DNA of 64,000 nucleotides from Syntrophales bacterium (GTDB lineage Bacteria; Desulfobacterota; Syntrophia; Syntrophales; PHBD01): NCBI GenBank assembly GCA_963668175.1, contig OY764159.1, positions 2,112,001 to 2,176,000 of the forward strand, read 5' to 3'. Shown piece by piece: positions 60,845 to 64,000 of this stretch (position 1 is its first letter; each line of letters starts with the position of its first letter). The notes under the pieces were generated by a model. It saw only the letters and a program-made list of their open reading frames with translations, ran no database searches and was not told where the DNA came from. The position numbers and the translations under genes were made by a program.

Positions 60845-62203
60845 TCAGTTCCGCATGCTGGTGACGGGGGCGGGGAGCCTGCCGCCCCGCTTGAGGAAGT
60901 CTTTCGCGGAGTAGGGATTCACCTTCATGATCGGCGCTTCCCCGAGAAGCCCGCCGAAATCGACCGACTCGCCCGCAACCTTCCCCGGGACGGGGATGAT
61001 GCGGACGGCCGTCGTCTTGTTGTTCACGATCCCTATCGCCAGTTCGTCCGCGATAATGGCGTTGATGGTCTCCGCCGGGGTGTCGCCGGGCACGGCGAAC
61101 ATGTCGAGGCCGACGGAACACACGGCGCTCAGCGATTCGAGCTTGTCCAGGCCGAGGGAGCCCCGCCTGACCGCGTCGATCATGTTCCGGTCTTCGCTTA
61201 CGGGGATGAACGTGCCGCTTAAGCCGCCCACGTTCCCGCTCGCCATCGCGCCGCCCTTCTTCACGGCGTCCATCAGGAGGGCGACCGCCAGGGTCGTGCC
61301 GTGCGCCCCCGTCGATTCGATGCCGAAGGCCTCGACGATGCCGGCCACCGAATCCCCGGCGGCGGTCGTCGGCGCGAGGGAGATGTCCACGATCCCGAAG
61401 GGGACGTCCATGTTCCGCGCGAGTTCCCGGCCGACAAGCTCCCCGCTTCTCGTGATCTTGAAGACGGTCCTTTTGATGACCTCGGCAAGCTCCGTCAGGT
61501 CGCACGACCGGTTCTTCTCCACGACGCTCCGGACGACGCCCGGCCCGCTGATGCCGACGTTGAGCGACATGTCCGGCTCGCCCATGCCGTGATACGCGCC
61601 CGCCATGAAGGGGTTGTCCTCCGGGGCGTTCACGAAGACGACGAACTTCGCGCAGCCGACGGCGTCCTTCGTGAGGGAGGCCGTCCGCTTGAGCATCGGG
61701 CCGATGAGGTTCACCGCATCCAGGTTCATTCCCGCCGTGTTCGCGCCCACGTTGAGAAACGAGCACACCCTTTCCGTGGCCGCGAGGACCTCGGGCAGGG
61801 ATTCGATCAGCACTTTTTCGGAACGGGTGATGCCCTTGTGCACCAGCGCGCCGAAGCCGCCGATGAAGTCGATTCCCGCGTCCGCCGCCGCACGGTCAAG
61901 GGCCTTCGCCATGGCCACGTACTTCTCCGCCGTGGCGTGCGTCTCCATGACGATGCTGACAGGGGTGATGGAAACCCTCTTGTTGACGACGGGGATGCCG
62001 TACTTCGCTTCGAGTTTCTTCGCCTCGTCCACGAGCTTCTTCGCGTTCGCGCGGATCTTGCCGTAGACCTTGTCCGTGAAGGCCCCGAAGTCGGAATCGA
62101 TGCAGTCCTTGAGATTGATGCCGAGCGTCGTCGTCCTGATATCGAGGTTCTGATACAGGATCATGCTGGCCGTTTCGAATATTTCTTCGACCGATAGGGC
62201 CAT
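60845..62203 (-). CDS. DUF711/UPF0210 (PFL-like) protein
   Basis: LDIRTTTLGI, YGIPVVNKRVSITP, EDNPFMAGA.HG, VCSVGLDM, C-terminal GGRLPAP..SMRN. Confidence 0.93.
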   Translation of the reverse strand: MALSVEEIFETASMILYQNLDIRTTTLGINLKDCIDSDFGAFTDKVYGKIRANAKKLVDEAKKLEAKYGIPVVNKRVSITPVSIVMETHATAEKYVAMAKALDRAAADAGIDFIGGFGALVHKGITRSEKVLIESLPEVLAATERVCSFLNVGANTAGMNLDAVNLIGPMLKRTASLTKDAVGCAKFVVFVNAPEDNPFMAGAYHGMGEPDMSLNVGISGPGVVRSVVEKNRSCDLTELAEVIKRTVFKITRSGELVGRELARNMDVPFGIVDISLAPTTAAGDSVAGIVEAFGIESTGAHGTTLAVALLMDAVKKGGAMASGNVGGLSGTFIPVSEDRNMIDAVRRGSLGLDKLESLSAVCSVGLDMFAVPGDTPAETINAIIADELAIGIVNNKTTAVRIIPVPGKVAGESVDFGGLLGEAPIMKVNPYSAKDFLKRGGRLPAPVTSMRN

Positions 62204-62206
62204 CGC

Positions 62207-62485
62207 CTACACCCTGTGCATCGTCTTGAAGATATTCTCGTGCTGGATCTGGACGAGGACCCCGAGTTCGCCGCCGATCCTTTCCAGGCCCGTCCTGACG
62301 CTCTCCAGCGGGATCGTGGAATCCTTCATATCCACGAGCATCGCCATGACGAAGTAGGACTCCATGATCTTTTGATTGATATCCAGGATGTTGATGTTGG
62401 ACTCGTAGAGAAAGGTGGACACCTTGGCCACGATCCCCTTCTTGTCTTCCCCGATGACCGTTACGATGAGATGTTCCTTGTCCAT
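62207..62485 (-). CDS. ACT-domain protein (UPF0237)
   Basis: VTVIGEDKKGIVAKV, NILDINQ, QHENIF..MHRV; usual partner of DUF711. Confidence 0.92.
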   Translation of the reverse strand: MDKEHLIVTVIGEDKKGIVAKVSTFLYESNINILDINQKIMESYFVMAMLVDMKDSTIPLESVRTGLERIGGELGVLVQIQHENIFKTMHRV

Positions 62486-62646
62486 GATTCCGCCTGTGGC
62501 TTTCCGGATATGAGAGATGCGCCCCGTATGAACGCCATGCCTTCTTCCTTATCCGCTCAACGGGAAACCTACATAAATCGTTTTGAAATGTCTACCGCTT
62601 CTTCCGGAGGAGGGCATGGAGCAGCCGTGCCTTCCCGCCGTTCCCT

Positions 62647-63234
62647 TCATTCCTTGCCTGCGCCGGCCCCTTCCGTTTGCGCCGCGTCGGCGGCCTGTTT
62701 CCGGACATGGCCGGGGTACCAACTGGTGAAGGCGGCCGTTGCGATCATCAGGGTGTAGCTGACGAGCTCGTAACCCAGTTCGGTCAGGAGGAATTTCTCC
62801 ATCTTGCCCCAGGCCAGGAGCGCGTTGATCGTGAAGGTGAGGCCCCAGGCCGAGGTCAGGATCGTGTTGGTCCTGACGAAGCTCGGGCTCGTCCATAGGG
62901 ACGGATCGACGTGTTCCCTGGCGTAATCCATCGTGAACGGCTTGCCGATGACGACGGTCAGCCAGGTGCTGACGGCGAGAATCCCGGAAGCCGCGATACC
63001 CATATGTTTAACGGCCCACATGCTTTCGAAGGCGACCACGGCGACGGAGGCGCACGAAAAGAAGACCAGCCCCACCCATAAAATGATGCCCCTGTGCAGT
63101 TTGGCCACGCCCATGCCGATGCTCAGGACCAGCGCGACGATCAATCCCAGCTTGAGGCGAAACAGGCTGCCGTGGGCGATCACCAGAAAGGCGAGCCACG
63201 GCGCGAACGCCAGGATCAGCTTCAAGAATAACAT
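62647..63234 (-). CDS. Membrane hypothetical protein
   Basis: Multiple TM segments; KPFT.DYARE...W....F motif. Confidence 0.75.
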   Translation of the reverse strand: MLFLKLILAFAPWLAFLVIAHGSLFRLKLGLIVALVLSIGMGVAKLHRGIILWVGLVFFSCASVAVVAFESMWAVKHMGIAASGILAVSTWLTVVIGKPFTMDYAREHVDPSLWTSPSFVRTNTILTSAWGLTFTINALLAWGKMEKFLLTELGYELVSYTLMIATAAFTSWYPGHVRKQAADAAQTEGAGAGKE

Positions 63235-63315
63235 ATTCCACTCCTTAGTTTGAGGTATCCTGCTTCATATCTTTCCCGGCGCCTTCAGGCCTGCCCGCCG
63301 GCAAACCGCCCGAGG

Positions 63316-63912
63316 TCATCCCAGGAACAGCAGCGAGACGACTTTGGGGTGGCCCTCCACGGGAAAGGTCAGTTCGATGCCGGCCCGGGCGCAGGTGGCC
63401 ACGGCGTTGATGCCGATGGCCTCCACGGAGCCTCGCCGTTTCGACGGGAACCGGCACTCGGTATAGTCGTCCACGCACTCCTTGCACCAGGGGCAGGAAC
63501 CGACGCCGAAGGCCAGGCTGAAGGGCAGGCCGAGCCCGAAGGCCGCCCGCTCCAGTTCCAGAAGTTTATCGTACAGGACGCGTTTCCACGAATACCATTC
63601 CTGCCAGAACTTCTCCACCTCGGGGTCCTTCTTGGCCGCCGAAAGGCTCATGAGACAGCGGCTCTTTTCAAGGCCGATGCTCGCGGGGCACGAGAACGTC
63701 ATGAGAAGCGCCTGGTCGTACTCCGCCGCGAATTCCTCCGCCCGGGGGGCCTTGGGCGGGCATGTGAGCTGCCTGCCGTATTCGCCGCAGCCGAACTGGC
63801 ACAAGAGGTTTGCCCGTTTCTCGATGACGATGTCGTGTTTTGTGTCGATGAGGACGGCGTCGTTGGCCCCGCGCTCCCTGGCGGCGGCGATGAGCGAATC
63901 GAACTTACCCAT
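63316..63912 (-). CDS. DUF2284 metal-binding protein
   Basis: C..GC..YG...TCPP, GSC..C..C, CRFP...R.SVEA.GIN. Confidence 0.85.
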   Translation of the reverse strand: MGKFDSLIAAARERGANDAVLIDTKHDIVIEKRANLLCQFGCGEYGRQLTCPPKAPRAEEFAAEYDQALLMTFSCPASIGLEKSRCLMSLSAAKKDPEVEKFWQEWYSWKRVLYDKLLELERAAFGLGLPFSLAFGVGSCPWCKECVDDYTECRFPSKRRGSVEAIGINAVATCARAGIELTFPVEGHPKVVSLLFLG

Positions 63913-64000
63913 ACGTGTCCCTCCTGTCGTGTCCGGATGTTCAATGGTTGTTCCCCCGGCGCGATACCGCCGCCGTAACATCGCCGCATGCGACATCGAA

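Overview
GC-rich bacterial chromosomal window. The gene content (PEP-CTERM proteins, C-GCAxxG-C-C protein, DUF362, sigma54 promoters) suggests a Syntrophales/Desulfobacterota-like anaerobe, which is inference only. Housekeeping-type genes (nitroreductase, diguanylate cyclase, katG-perR, MoxR-VWA, DUF711/ACT, DUF2284) are interrupted by three accessory regions. (1) A low-GC island at ~2.4-9.8 kb holds a translationally coupled operon of metallophosphoesterase, P-loop ATPase, unknown protein and Dam-type methylase. It looks defence-like, and its first gene is split by an IS2-group IS3 element. (2) A prophage-like remnant at ~28.7-43.8 kb carries a polymorphic effector/immunity-like locus. Three proteins have different N-terminal toxin-like domains (one Ntox44-like plus LysM, two lytic-transglycosylase-like) but share a ~105-aa C-terminal domain I do not recognise. 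Each lies directly downstream of membrane or secreted immunity-like genes, and effector 5' stubs, hairpin blocks and a duplicated promoter mark the module junctions. (3) At ~56.0-59.6 kb an integron-like array of co-oriented single-gene cassettes is delimited by ~80-bp imperfect palindromes that are not attC sites. One cassette is a captured allele of the neighbouring MoxR 5' half that differs almost only at synonymous sites. Also present are a stand-alone cholera-toxin-like ADP-ribosyltransferase, an apparently dead HtrA-like protease, and PEP-CTERM genes with sigma54 promoters, including an internally deleted remnant. No rRNA, tRNA or CRISPR array was found. All family assignments come from motif recognition by eye, not database searches.
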